From an uncultured virus (IMG/VR IMGVR_UViG_3300025012_000952) (Duplodnaviria; Heunggongvirae; Uroviricota; Caudoviricetes): DNA of 64,000 bases. The notes under the pieces are model-generated. The model was not told the origin of the DNA, did not search any database, and worked only from the letters and a program-made list of their open reading frames with translations. The translations under genes were made by a program, and so were the position numbers. Each line of letters begins with the position of its first letter. Within the stretch, counting starts at the first letter, position 1. Below are positions 41,401-50,349 of this stretch, piece by piece. Where the stretch lies: IMG/VR virus record IMGVR_UViG_3300025012_000952, positions 1 through 64,000 of that record; one strand, 5' to 3'.

Positions 41401-42036
41401 ATCAGGAAGATTCGAGTTTATTTGTTCCATTGCCCATTTGAGATCTAGTTTAAAAATAGATTCTGCATCTGGATTTCTAATAACAAATGAAGGATGGTAA
41501 AGGGGAATAATCCAAGCCTTTATTTGAACGTCGGGAATACAAAGTTTTCTCCAACGTCCGATAGATAAATTGGTAGAAATTGGTTGAGTTCTATTCATGA
41601 AAAACGCTTCTACTGCTTTTGCCCCAAAAAGTATGATGTATTTTGGTTGGTATTTCTGAATAGCGGAACGCCACATAAATTCACACGCTTTTAATTCCCT
41701 AGTGGTTGGAGTTCGATTGGTTCCCTTATCCGTAGCAGTACGACAAGCAACAGCATTAGTTTTCCAGAAATCTCTATCTAAATCGTACCCCATAGTCCGA
41801 AAACATTTACGAAGAAAATGGCCAGTATCACCCACGAAAGCGTTATTTAACTTATCCTCTGTTTCACCAGGAGCCTCCCCTATTATTAAAGTTCTGAGTA
41901 ACCCTTCCCCCGTGGGGGGAATCTTAGGGGATAAAACTTTTTTATGCAATCCGCACGCATCGCAGCCTATGGCACCTCGGATTGTTTTTGGTTGAACACT
42001 TTTAGATTGTGTAGGTAGGTCGAAGAATCCGTTCAT
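38425..42036 (-). CDS. polA: Family A DNA polymerase with N-terminal family-4 UDG-like domain and 3'-5' exonuclease, intein-containing
   Basis: CDACGL/IGEAPG/YHPS (UDG4); FDYETTG, YNGLDA (exo); PNLQNIP, ADYGGHEV, AKNAFVFAEFYG, IHDE (pol motifs). Confidence 0.92.
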   Translation of the reverse strand: MNGFFDLPTQSKSVQPKTIRGAIGCDACGLHKKVLSPKIPPTGEGLLRTLIIGEAPGETEDKLNNAFVGDTGHFLRKCFRTMGYDLDRDFWKTNAVACRTATDKGTNRTPTTRELKACEFMWRSAIQKYQPKYIILFGAKAVEAFFMNRTQPISTNLSIGRWRKLCIPDVQIKAWIIPLYHPSFVIRNPDAESIFKLDLKWAMEQINSNLPDIEEIDYSQKIKCLTNVDEVLNLLKTIKDQKPTIAFDYETTGIRPYFPGHSIVSTAVAIYGEDLAYSFPGNYPGAWESGQLDRVNTAWRRVLSDPDILKVAQNIQMEHPWSKIIIGEEPKGWYWDTMVFSHIVDERPQFTGLDFQTFINWGYEYGGEVSKYKKAAPGTKFNSMQKCPLNELLKYNGLDAYFTMRLAEKQWDFLDKGNKESEAASRAYDLFHKGILTFSDMEMTGITVNTEYYQDTQVKLEKRLSFLEKQLLRTSEANLFKSKMGRDINLGSPDDLKKLFFDYLGIKSVKRTEKDNESVDKDVLESLDLPFAKNLVKKRQLDKLKTTYIDGILELQVDKKLHSNFNLHLVRTYRSSCIAKGTIIEVVRDVSKFSKGIPIEDIKEGDFVYCYDNNLKPAIRKVLWAGKTGVKKVIRIHWQSGQKWKKRGYLDLTPEHLVRTVSGKYVEAQNLLKFDLRGANQSKKSPKFSVLSMGRTTGDDRVYFTGNIPIADQVLVYDQLIEKLELGDIVHHKDENHFNNIPNNLEKRTKNSHCALHMNKVPKETLRLRGTITMKKLHKEGKITYKIGKENHNYKKISRYQLLKLLVIGKGVVTGRKEFDFSTFKYHSKLEKIDLFVVKSRWDRNGKFISKNKLINILKQGPSAAIELLGFNYYKTQRLSKIYGVYYQRKWGNQFGSFTTKNHIIIKIEDINLFSEVYDIQVEEFSNFIANEICVHNSDSPNLQNIPKRDKEAMIMVRGGMIPSPGNIILAADYGGHEVGIIACYSKDKVLMKEREQGADIHQEWSDFLQLSGFDAKTHRFDAKNAFVFAEFYGSYFKNIHADLVSRGYHDLPMMRVQKAEQEFWKKYKGVKKFQEELINSYKRNGYVEMMHGFRRRGFLKKNEIINTVIQGTAFHCLLESCNRLNDLRIKEEWKSKWIGEIHDEILGDIHPDELKYIANTTKRVMTEDILKNNPWICIPLISEISVTEIDGPWHTKKDYSEE
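39226..40308 (-). mobile_element. Intein (361 aa) in DNA polymerase with in-frame HNH endonuclease
   Basis: RSS|CIAKGT ... TPEH ... VHHKDENHFNN.PNNL ... VYDIQVEEFSNFIANEICVHN|S. Confidence 0.92.
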
Positions 42037-42657
42037 TTATTTCCTCTTAGCTAAAAATGCTATTTGTCTGACAATATTTATTGGGGGCCACTCTAAAATC
42101 ACCCCTGCTTTTTCCATAGTTTTGGTTACATCTATTCCCATGGCTTCTGGTATATAAATGGCTTCATATCCTTCATCTTTACGAGGAGGGAAACTTGAAT
42201 ATTCATCAGTATAATTTAGAAAATAGTTAACTTTCATTTTTAATTGTTTTCTAGCGGAATTTTGCCAATAAAGAAGGTTTCTACATTGTCTGTCTGTCCA
42301 AGTAGGATGAAGATATTTCATTTTCTCCGTATGGGATTTAAGATTGAATTCATTTATTACCGCATATATTCTATTTTGTAAATTAAATATTTTATTAAAT
42401 AATGGGGCAATTGGGGGACAATCTATTCTATTAGAATCAAAATTAGGGCATCCTTTTGGATGATCGGGATAGGGTAGTTTACAAAATACTCTAGTTTTTA
42501 AATCTACAATTGGGATAATTACTATTAATTGAAATTTCCAATTATCATTAGCATTAGGATTTATATTGAAAAATCCTTGCATCCTATCTCCATTTTCTAT
42601 TAGGTATTGTATACACTGTTTTCTTTTTCCAATCAAATCCGTATACGGAATCGTCAT
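42037..42657 (-). CDS. DUF2284-like predicted metal-binding protein
   Basis: C..PYP.HPKGCPNF.....CPP and PEAMGIDV.KT. Confidence 0.65.
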   Translation of the reverse strand: MTIPYTDLIGKRKQCIQYLIENGDRMQGFFNINPNANDNWKFQLIVIIPIVDLKTRVFCKLPYPDHPKGCPNFDSNRIDCPPIAPLFNKIFNLQNRIYAVINEFNLKSHTEKMKYLHPTWTDRQCRNLLYWQNSARKQLKMKVNYFLNYTDEYSSFPPRKDEGYEAIYIPEAMGIDVTKTMEKAGVILEWPPINIVRQIAFLAKRK

Positions 42658-42880
42658 GACTAAGTGAATCAGGTTTTTGTTTTATAATTAATTTAGGGAG
42701 TTCTTTACTATAAGTTGGTTCTCCTGTTTTAGCATCAAATTTTAATATCGTCCTTTGTAAATATACTTTCCATTCTAAAGGGGTTCCATAATCAGGATGA
42801 TAATTTGGTAATTGTTCTTTTATTCTTTTAATAAAACTTTTGTATCTTATATATTTTTTAATATTTGATAGTAAAGACAT
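42584..42880 (-). CDS. Hypothetical protein
   Basis: ORF in a dense minus-strand operon. Confidence 0.4.
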   Translation of the reverse strand: MSLLSNIKKYIRYKSFIKRIKEQLPNYHPDYGTPLEWKVYLQRTILKFDAKTGEPTYSKELPKLIIKQKPDSLSHDDSVYGFDWKKKTVYTIPNRKWR

Positions 42881-43104
42881 TATATTCTCTCCAAATCTAC
42901 ATTAACTTGTCCTATTGTAAATTTATTTTTGATATCCCCAAAAGTAGTGGTTTCTATCATATTTATAGTTATACTTTCAATTCTAACTCCTGTTACTAAT
43001 GAAAATTCATCTATATGATGCATAACTGCTTGTTGAATATTTTCTTCCATACGGGATTTTCTTCTTCTAATTTCTTCTAAATCCATTATTAATCCTCCTT
43101 CCAA
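42880..43104 (-). CDS. Hypothetical protein
   Basis: ORF in operon; likely start MDLEE. Confidence 0.5.
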   Translation of the reverse strand: MEGGLIMDLEEIRRRKSRMEENIQQAVMHHIDEFSLVTGVRIESITINMIETTTFGDIKNKFTIGQVNVDLERI

Positions 43105-43271
43105 GCTATAGGATCGTGCCCTTTTTCTTTGTATATTTCATTTGCCAAATATTCGAATTGAGGAAATTTTTTTATGAAAGGTTTTACCATTTCAGAAGTG
43201 CAATGGCCACAATCTCCCCCATGGGCTAACCAGAATAAATTTATTATGAATTTAGCGGTTTCTTCATCCAT
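43089..43271 (-). CDS. Hypothetical protein (CxxC)
   Basis: ORF in operon; GGDCGHC. Confidence 0.45.
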   Translation of the reverse strand: MDEETAKFIINLFWLAHGGDCGHCTSEMVKPFIKKFPQFEYLANEIYKEKGHDPIAWKED

Positions 43272-43320
43272 TTTTATTTCCCTTGATAAGGATCTTCAGA
43301 ATGAACTCCATGGCAAGTGG

Positions 43321-43800
43321 TCATGATAGTAAGAGGTTTTTTCCTTTTCCCTTCCAAAAATTCTGTATCTTTGAAATCCAAAATTGGAATTTTCCCAGCG
43401 TAGAAACTTTTACATCTTGGGCATAATTCCCCTTCCCCTCGTTCAAGGGAGGGGGGATTTGCAATTGTTCCGTCTCCCATTTTTCCAGCCATAATTCTTC
43501 CTCCGTTTTCATGATATATGGAATTTCTGTAATTACCCCTTTATCTGCCCAATACCATTGTTCATCGAATTCTACCCAATTTGGATGTTTCCAACTACCT
43601 ATTATATTCATCATATAAACACATGTAGGAGAGTTACATCCACATGTAGTATTCGGAACGTAAATGCTAACCATGGCATGTTTTTCTATCCGACCGCATC
43701 CAGGACATTGATATAAAATGTACCCTGCTTGAATATCTGTCATATATACTCCCCATCCGTTGGGACCGGGGACTATTTCAATTATTCCAGGAAATCTCAT
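43321..43800 (-). CDS. Hypothetical Cys-rich protein
   Basis: CPGCG...CGC; its 3' part overlaps alternative ORF 43274-43492, so the boundary is uncertain. Confidence 0.4.
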   Translation of the reverse strand: MRFPGIIEIVPGPNGWGVYMTDIQAGYILYQCPGCGRIEKHAMVSIYVPNTTCGCNSPTCVYMMNIIGSWKHPNWVEFDEQWYWADKGVITEIPYIMKTEEELWLEKWETEQLQIPPPLNEGKGNYAQDVKVSTLGKFQFWISKIQNFWKGKGKNLLLS

Positions 43801-43802
43801 AT

Positions 43803-44873
43803 TTACTCTTGCTTGCTCATAGAAGCAACCATGATATGTTGAAACTTTTCAGAAGAAAATAAAAGGGACTTCTTAGTAGGAGATAAACGGAATTGACGAG
43901 TAATTCCAAGAATCTTTTTGAAAAAATCAGGTTGTACCTTAATTTGCATTCCTTCTTCGAAGAAATCCTTTTTCCATTCCACTCCATCAATAATCTCTCC
44001 AGCTTCCTTTCCTGCCCTAATTTCTAAATTCCCCTTTGAATAGGAAAGAAATACTCTGGACAAGGATTCCCAATTATCTCCTTCTCCACTAGCTAAAATT
44101 TTAGCTCTTTCCAACGGAGCTTCCATTCCTTTTGGAAACTCTAAAGGATCGGCTTTCATATCAAATTTCATAGATTCAAATAACCCCGTAATCTTCTTGA
44201 AGGGGTAATCCCCTGCTAAAATGCGAGAACTATATATAGGACCACCTTCATTTGAGAAATGAACCCAAGCTTTTGATAAAGCCATAATTTCAAATACTGG
44301 TTCTAATTTTAAAAGTCCCTCCACTGTCTTGATAGGAAGAGTAAATGCGCTATTCACCGCTTCTAACATAGTATATACAGATACACGGTAGTTATCAGTA
44401 GAAACAGCTTTATTTTCAAAGAAATGAACTCCTGCGAGAGGCCCTAAAGCTGGTCCTGTTCCAGCCCCGAAGGAGCACAATTCTAATCCCACTTGGAAAT
44501 CTTTGGGGAGGTAAAACCATTCTAATCCGTCCGTTTGAACAGCCCAAGCCCTCTCAAGAGAACTAGTTATTTGTTCCTTTTGAAGAGGGTTCATTTTGAG
44601 AGTAGTTCTTCCCCCCTTAATTTGAAACTTTCCCTCTTCTGTCAATTTCATATCTATTTCTTCAGCGTCCATTTTGGATAAAACTTTGTATAATTCCTCT
44701 GCTCGTACTGCTGTTCGAATTTTTGTTTCTAATGGAAATGATACGCTGATATCTTCCTTGTACGAACGAACCCAATCTTCATCGAATAGGATAAAATCCG
44801 ATCCAATTGCACTAGACTTGTCAATTCCCATCATTACGGATTTAATGGCTAGTAATAATTCAGACTTTTTCAT
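43803..44873 (-). CDS. dnaN: DNA sliding clamp (Pol III beta-like)
   Basis: 356 aa; AVSTDNYRVS (cf. ATDGHRL), SRILAGDYP, LERA; a clamp loader is also encoded. Confidence 0.75.
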   Translation of the reverse strand: MKKSELLLAIKSVMMGIDKSSAIGSDFILFDEDWVRSYKEDISVSFPLETKIRTAVRAEELYKVLSKMDAEEIDMKLTEEGKFQIKGGRTTLKMNPLQKEQITSSLERAWAVQTDGLEWFYLPKDFQVGLELCSFGAGTGPALGPLAGVHFFENKAVSTDNYRVSVYTMLEAVNSAFTLPIKTVEGLLKLEPVFEIMALSKAWVHFSNEGGPIYSSRILAGDYPFKKITGLFESMKFDMKADPLEFPKGMEAPLERAKILASGEGDNWESLSRVFLSYSKGNLEIRAGKEAGEIIDGVEWKKDFFEEGMQIKVQPDFFKKILGITRQFRLSPTKKSLLFSSEKFQHIMVASMSKQE

Positions 44874-45091
44874 TTTTTTGCCTCCATTGATTTAGATTCT
44901 TCATTTATAAGACGATTTAAATACCATTGGGCTTTCTTTAAATCCTCTAATTTTTTCCCTTTATGAGGAGCACGACATAAATATTTTACGACATTGCCTC
45001 CAAGAAAATCTAATTTTTGATCTAATATAAAATCAATAACTTCAATTTTCCCAGTAGTATAATGAGATGGATGATTAATTTGATCTTTCAT
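44870..45091 (-). CDS. DUF3310 protein (T7 gp1.7-like nucleotide kinase family)
   Basis: INHPSHYT.G.IEVIDFI, GNVVKY..RA..KG...EDLKKA.WYL. Confidence 0.85.
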   Translation of the reverse strand: MKDQINHPSHYTTGKIEVIDFILDQKLDFLGGNVVKYLCRAPHKGKKLEDLKKAQWYLNRLINEESKSMEAKK

Positions 45092-45843
45092 TCTCCTTCT
45101 CCTCCTACAAAAATATCGTCAAAAACAATAAGAAACGTTTTCTTAAATCTTTCTAGCATAGGAATAGTAATCTCTCTCATTTGAGGATGAGCTTTCGAAG
45201 AAGTTCTCAAACGAAAGAAATGCCGCCATTCACGAATATTAAAGGTGATTACAATTTCCGTTTTCAAACTATTAGGAAGCACCGATCGAGCTTCTTGGGG
45301 ATTAGCATTATGTTGAAGCAACTCCATATAAGAATTTTCAGCAGTTTGGCACGCTGTATACCAATGATAAAAACGAGTTCCTGAATTTAATGGTAAATTT
45401 TCTGCATGCATTTTTCCAATGGCAGCGTCCTTGGTATATCCTTTTAAAATAAGATCATTAAATGTTTCATAAGCTATTTGATACCAAATAGGCAGAATAA
45501 CCGTTATTTCTTTACTATTTCCATAGTTACAATATCGGGTAGATTCTTGACTATAGCTTGCTATTCTATGACGAACTATTTCATGAGATACACCACGATC
45601 ACAAATTACTCTAACTGTTATTTTTTCATGCTCAAGAACCGATTCGTGCCCGTTTTTTATAATCATTTGAACAAATTTAGCCGCAGAATCAATCGTTATT
45701 TTATCTTCTGATTTATAGCAAGTTCGTCCATACTTTTCTAATTTTGCGAGTAAATCATCTCCGTGATAATGATATTTTGTTTCATACCTTGGGCACTCTA
45801 TTTCTTCATCTTCAAATTTCCACCAAGGAGAGATAATTTTCAT
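45088..45843 (-). CDS. thyX: Flavin-dependent thymidylate synthase
   Basis: GHESVLEH, EIVRHRIASYSQESTRY, EARSVLP, REWRHFF.LR, AHPQMR. Confidence 0.95.
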   Translation of the reverse strand: MKIISPWWKFEDEEIECPRYETKYHYHGDDLLAKLEKYGRTCYKSEDKITIDSAAKFVQMIIKNGHESVLEHEKITVRVICDRGVSHEIVRHRIASYSQESTRYCNYGNSKEITVILPIWYQIAYETFNDLILKGYTKDAAIGKMHAENLPLNSGTRFYHWYTACQTAENSYMELLQHNANPQEARSVLPNSLKTEIVITFNIREWRHFFRLRTSSKAHPQMREITIPMLERFKKTFLIVFDDIFVGGEGE

Positions 45844-45844
45844 T

Positions 45845-46657
45845 TCAATCTCCTATTTTAACATAAGAATAAATTTCTCTTTTTTCCACAGGACAAAGTT
45901 TATCTTTAAATATTCTCAAGCTTTCTATCCCCATAATTCCTCCATCATTAACTAATTTATTTTGATTCAAAATAACGGGGTCTGTATAAAATAAATATCT
46001 TTGGTATTCATTCAAAAATTTAATATTTCTAGAAAATGAAAATCGGAAGTTAATATAAAAATAATTGGAATCCCAAATATTGATTCCAAGAATATATCCA
46101 TTTTTATCTACCAAAATTTTCCTATTATTTCCATTAAAAATATAATTAGTCATAACTTCATCATCATGAATTTCTTGATTTCCTTCTTTATTTTTTAACC
46201 ATTCTATGAATAAATCTTTTAGTTGATTTTCATGATTATCATTCGCTTCAATATACTGCAAAGGGGAATTCCCATACCGTCCAGGAAATTTACGGATATT
46301 CTTTCGGAAAACTTGAAATTTGTTTCCAGTTAGATCTAGGAAATGACGAGGGTTATAAATATGTTCTAATTCCAAAAATTCTTTTTTATAATTAGAAGGC
46401 ATAGACCAATTGGGAAAACTAGCCCATATATGAGTAGCCCAATTTTGGTAATCTCCGCTTATGCTATTTCCATTGGGGAGTAATTCCCCCGTATTCATAT
46501 TTATTGGGGGGAATAAAATCCATTCGTTGTGTTTCCAATAAATAAAATCACCCGTAATTTCCTCTTTAATTTTAGCTCTTTGAAAATATTCTTCAGAGCA
46601 GGGAAAAGTAGGAATTATCTTATATTTTTTTAACAATTCCAAATATTGGTTTTTCAA
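45845..46657 (-). CDS. DUF2156-like (aminoacyl-tRNA-dependent transferase/GNAT-like) protein
   Basis: IY....FLDLTGNKF..FRKNIRKF and VNDGG..GIESLR.FK..L.P resemble DUF2156/LPG-synthase C-terminal motifs. Confidence 0.5.
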   Translation of the reverse strand: MKNQYLELLKKYKIIPTFPCSEEYFQRAKIKEEITGDFIYWKHNEWILFPPINMNTGELLPNGNSISGDYQNWATHIWASFPNWSMPSNYKKEFLELEHIYNPRHFLDLTGNKFQVFRKNIRKFPGRYGNSPLQYIEANDNHENQLKDLFIEWLKNKEGNQEIHDDEVMTNYIFNGNNRKILVDKNGYILGINIWDSNYFYINFRFSFSRNIKFLNEYQRYLFYTDPVILNQNKLVNDGGIMGIESLRIFKDKLCPVEKREIYSYVKIGD

Positions 46658-47151
46658 ATTCCCTCCATTTTTTCTGATCGAAGGATTTCTATATCAGTTC
46701 CTTCTTCAAGAATAAATACTTTTATTTTTCCTTTCATTTCAGCAGGTAAATTATCTTCCACCATCTTTTTGATTCTTTCTGATCGTTCCATGCTAATTTT
46801 TTGTTCAATTTTGATAACTATTAAATCATTTTCACGAACTTCTAATGTTTGGACACTTTTAACAAAATCAATTTCGTTCATTTTTTCCTCCATCATCTTT
46901 GTTGGTGAATTAGACCACCCACACCCAAACCAATGTTTACAGGGTCCATTTGTTTTACAGTAGGGGCAAGGACCATCTATATTATTCCAGGGTCGATTTA
47001 TTTTTTTAATTATAGAATTCAGTTCCTCCGATTCGCAGATCCCGCATAGGGCAAATGGAGGTATTTCATGAATGCAATTAGAGAGTCTCATTTTTTTCCA
47101 TAATTTTGATCGCGGCACGTAAGGAGCAATTGGTACATTCCAATGAGTCAA
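46654..47151 (-). CDS. Hypothetical protein (may be two ORFs)
   Basis: Cys-rich N-terminal part; SD-preceded MNEIDF near 46881. Confidence 0.4.
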   Translation of the reverse strand: MTHWNVPIAPYVPRSKLWKKMRLSNCIHEIPPFALCGICESEELNSIIKKINRPWNNIDGPCPYCKTNGPCKHWFGCGWSNSPTKMMEEKMNEIDFVKSVQTLEVRENDLIVIKIEQKISMERSERIKKMVEDNLPAEMKGKIKVFILEEGTDIEILRSEKMEGI

Positions 47152-47335
47152 ATGGTTCTTCTATATGTGAGTAAGAAATGATCTTCCATCCGTGCCCAAC
47201 AAATGTGCATTTTATTCTTAAATAGAGCAACTTATACCACCACCATTGACGTTTCCACCAAATGCCCCCCACGTTGGATGGTACGGGATATACGAAACAC
47301 CAAAGCCCCCTATCTTTACAAATAGTCCAACTCAT
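47078..47335 (-). CDS. Hypothetical protein
   Basis: C..GH.W.....C..C motif. Confidence 0.4.
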   Translation of the reverse strand: MSWTICKDRGLWCFVYPVPSNVGGIWWKRQWWWYKLLYLRIKCTFVGHGWKIISYSHIEEPFDSLECTNCSLRAAIKIMEKNETL

Positions 47336-47336
47336 C

Positions 47337-47738
47337 CTACTTTCCTTCTACCGCTTTCAACGCGGCTCTACAGATGGCGAGAGGAGCAGTATCGGCGTAT
47401 CCCCAAAATTGCTCTCCGTGTCCCTTGTTATGGTCATCCAAACAACATTCCCATTCGCAATTTTCCCACATAATTGCTGGATGAAGATCTATGAGATGGT
47501 CCATGATATCCCATGCGGCGGCTAGATTGGTGGAGTATGACTTTATAAGCCCATCGCCCGATTGGGCGTTGTGCATACCAGCGCACTTGCAAAACCATAC
47601 GGTCCCAGAAAATCCATCAATGTCACCACCGGAAAGTTTCCATGAATAGTCTTTCCTCACCAATGCAGAACACCCCATGACCTTCTCAGCCACCAGCGCG
47701 TCCATCTCCCGGCCAGCTTTCATCGTATCAATATTCAT
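47337..47738 (-). CDS. Phage ABA-sandwich-like domain protein
   Basis: GREMDALVAEKVMG, YSTNLAAAWDI, TAPLAICRAAL; locally high GC. Confidence 0.7.
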   Translation of the reverse strand: MNIDTMKAGREMDALVAEKVMGCSALVRKDYSWKLSGGDIDGFSGTVWFCKCAGMHNAQSGDGLIKSYSTNLAAAWDIMDHLIDLHPAIMWENCEWECCLDDHNKGHGEQFWGYADTAPLAICRAALKAVEGK

Positions 47739-47750
47739 TATTTTCCTTCT

Positions 47751-48230
47751 TTATAAAAGTGAATTTACTTTAGCATCTATAAATTTAATAGCTTGTTCTA
47801 CAGTAAAAATTTCTTCGGCCTCATTAATAAAAATATCTATTTGAAATTCTACTTCTGCTTTTGTTATTAAACCAATAATATCTAAAGAATCTAATTTTAA
47901 ATCTTCGATAAAATGATCTTTTCTATCTATTTTATCTAATGGCATACCAGATTGATCGGATATAATTTTAAAAAGACGATCTTCAACAGAAATAGGTTCT
48001 ATTTTCTTTCTTTTTTTCAAAATAGGATGGAGGTTTTCCTTAACTTTTTTATTTATGGGTAATAGTCCATCTCCTTTACATTTACTACAAACTTTTGAAT
48101 TTCCCCCATATATAAGGGACATCCAAGTTTTTTCTTTATTAGGCATTTTTCCAGAACCCTTACAAACTTTACAAAAGTCATATTCCGCTACTGGCATATA
48201 AATTTGGAAATGTTCCATAGTCATAGTCAT
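47751..48230 (-). CDS. Zinc-finger + acyl carrier protein fusion
   Basis: CKVCKGSG/CSKCKGDG; C-terminal ACP with DLKLDSLD and E.EF.I.I...EAE.I.TV..AI.FI. Confidence 0.8.
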   Translation of the reverse strand: MTMTMEHFQIYMPVAEYDFCKVCKGSGKMPNKEKTWMSLIYGGNSKVCSKCKGDGLLPINKKVKENLHPILKKRKKIEPISVEDRLFKIISDQSGMPLDKIDRKDHFIEDLKLDSLDIIGLITKAEVEFQIDIFINEAEEIFTVEQAIKFIDAKVNSLL

Positions 48231-48238
48231 TTATATTG

Positions 48239-48430
48239 TTATTTCCCTCTTCTTTCTACTGCATCTCGAATATTGCCTACTGCTTGTTTTTGCCCTTCTG
48301 TCGCATGTTTTCTTTCTTCAACAGTTTCTGCTATGCCCAATAGAGTATCCTCTGCCCATTCGAAATCATCATCAGATATGCAATCATTTATTTCTTTTAA
48401 CAAATCCTCCCATTCACATTCTTTACACAT
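48239..48430 (-). CDS. Hypothetical protein
   Basis: ORF in operon. Confidence 0.5.
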   Translation of the reverse strand: MCKECEWEDLLKEINDCISDDDFEWAEDTLLGIAETVEERKHATEGQKQAVGNIRDAVERRGK

Positions 48431-48627
48431 TACTTGTCTCCCTCGGCCTCTCTCTTTTTCCTTTCTTCATCTCCAGGGAAATCCTTCGTCCAATCTAACC
48501 CCCCTTTATTCATAAGTCCTGAGGAAGAGCCAGATTTAGAGGATTTTCCTCCTTTTGATGATTGGCTCTGTAACCGTTCGACTAATTTGCGACTTATAGA
48601 ACCAGTTTTTCTACTCTTGCCCCCCAT
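48430..48627 (-). CDS. Hypothetical basic protein
   Basis: ORF in operon with SD. Confidence 0.45.
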   Translation of the reverse strand: MGGKSRKTGSISRKLVERLQSQSSKGGKSSKSGSSSGLMNKGGLDWTKDFPGDEERKKREAEGDK

Positions 48628-49579
48628 TTGATACCCCCTTTTTAAATTTTCTTCTCTCCCGGCCCTCTTTTACTTTAGCCCTAGATTTTGGATCAGACCA
48701 AAGTTGTTTCATAGTTTTAGATAATTTTGATTTTGATTCTTCACTATTTTGTTTTCCAGTATTAGACTCTATGTTTTTTCTTCTATATTCTGGATTATTC
48801 CATTTTTCTTTTATAGATTGAGATAAGGACTTTAACATATTTGATCTCATTTCTGGATCAGCCCATTGATTTGTAGCAGATTCTGATGCTTTTCTACTAA
48901 ATTCAGGATCAGATGCTATAGTATTTGCTCTATTTAAAACTCTTTTTGATCGAATATCAGGGTCTTCCCATTCTTTTTTCCTCAGAATAGATCCAATTTG
49001 ACGAGATTCTGGTGATCTCATAATTTCTAATATTTTGTCCTTAAATTTAGGGTTTTCCCACCTATCTTTAGTACTTTTAGACATTATAGCTTTTACTTCT
49101 GGGTTATCAAGTCCCTTTTTAATAGCATCTTTCATTCTATTTTTATATTCTGGATCTTCCCATAAATTTTTAACTGATTCAGATATTTGAGATATAATTT
49201 CAGGATTATCTTTGTATCTATTTTTAGTTAATTCAGATAGCTTTACTTTAGATTCCTCCGACCATTTTATCCCCCTATTGGATTCTGCTATTTCCCGAAT
49301 ATTATACCCATTTTCTTGTTTATATGATTCATAGTAATCTAACCAAATTTGTTCTCTAGGAACTAATTGAGTTAAATCATAAACTAATTCTATTACCATA
49401 AATACAAAAGATTCTTCCCCATATTTACAATAGGCAGATTGAATGTGTTGAGTATGTTCTCCTCTACGAAGTAACCATAAATGCCCCCTTTCCCATCTAA
49501 TATATACATCTTCAGAAGATCCTATATACTTCTTCCCATTTATTCTATTAAGTATCATGTATACACCGGAAATTTTCAT
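48611..49579 (-). CDS. Free-standing GIY-YIG homing endonuclease with NUMOD3-like repeats
   Basis: GVYMILN..NGKKYIGSS, REQ.WLD, GYN; many W.DPE repeats. Confidence 0.88.
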   Translation of the reverse strand: MKISGVYMILNRINGKKYIGSSEDVYIRWERGHLWLLRRGEHTQHIQSAYCKYGEESFVFMVIELVYDLTQLVPREQIWLDYYESYKQENGYNIREIAESNRGIKWSEESKVKLSELTKNRYKDNPEIISQISESVKNLWEDPEYKNRMKDAIKKGLDNPEVKAIMSKSTKDRWENPKFKDKILEIMRSPESRQIGSILRKKEWEDPDIRSKRVLNRANTIASDPEFSRKASESATNQWADPEMRSNMLKSLSQSIKEKWNNPEYRRKNIESNTGKQNSEESKSKLSKTMKQLWSDPKSRAKVKEGRERRKFKKGVSNGGQE

Positions 49580-50349
49580 TTTATTCTTCTCTTTAAAATA
49601 GGGGGGATTATTTTTTCTTTCTGTAAATCCAAAATCCCCCCGCAGTCGTCGAAAATACACCCCGCCACAACTGCTTGCATATTATTATGCAGTCCATCTA
49701 TCATAAAATATTTACATCCTTCTGGAAAATAGATATTAATTTTATCATTGAAATTAAATAATGCTAAGAAATCTCCTGTTCTTATTCCAAGAGGAGAAAT
49801 AGAATCTGGAAGAACATCTTCTGGTTCTGTTAAGCCGAGGCCCTCCATTTCTATTTTTCTTTCGAGCAGTATCAGAGATCCGGCGTAGATATCTCGTTGA
49901 AGTATTTTTATTTCTCCCCCTCTAGTTACAAATTCAATATGCGATAAATTCTCGTCCAAAAGGTCTAACGAGGATTTATGAAAAGGGATCTTCCACTTCA
50001 TTTTTTCTGTATCATAAAATTTATAAAATAACTCTTCTACTTCTTGAAAAGTTTGAGTAGGTATTCTACATTTTTTCTTACGGAGAAATTCTTCTCCTTT
50101 TTGAAGGAAAGTTATGCTATTTCCGTCTGCAGTAAAATTTGGGGAATCATAATCGCTTAGAAAAAAACGAATTGGTTCTGGAAATTCATTCTTAGTTGCC
50201 TCGAACCGAAGTATCATGGTTTTATCGCTGTTGAGAATATAAATAACATTTTCCCAACAGAATGCAGAGTTTTTTTGATTCCCTGATTGTTCCAAAGCAA
50301 CTCCATATGAAAATATTCTTTCTACTTCTAATTCTCTCAAAATTGTCAC
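49576..50349 (-). CDS. Hypothetical protein
   Basis: 257-aa ORF in operon. Confidence 0.6.
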   Translation of the reverse strand: MTILRELEVERIFSYGVALEQSGNQKNSAFCWENVIYILNSDKTMILRFEATKNEFPEPIRFFLSDYDSPNFTADGNSITFLQKGEEFLRKKKCRIPTQTFQEVEELFYKFYDTEKMKWKIPFHKSSLDLLDENLSHIEFVTRGGEIKILQRDIYAGSLILLERKIEMEGLGLTEPEDVLPDSISPLGIRTGDFLALFNFNDKINIYFPEGCKYFMIDGLHNNMQAVVAGCIFDDCGGILDLQKEKIIPPILKRRIK

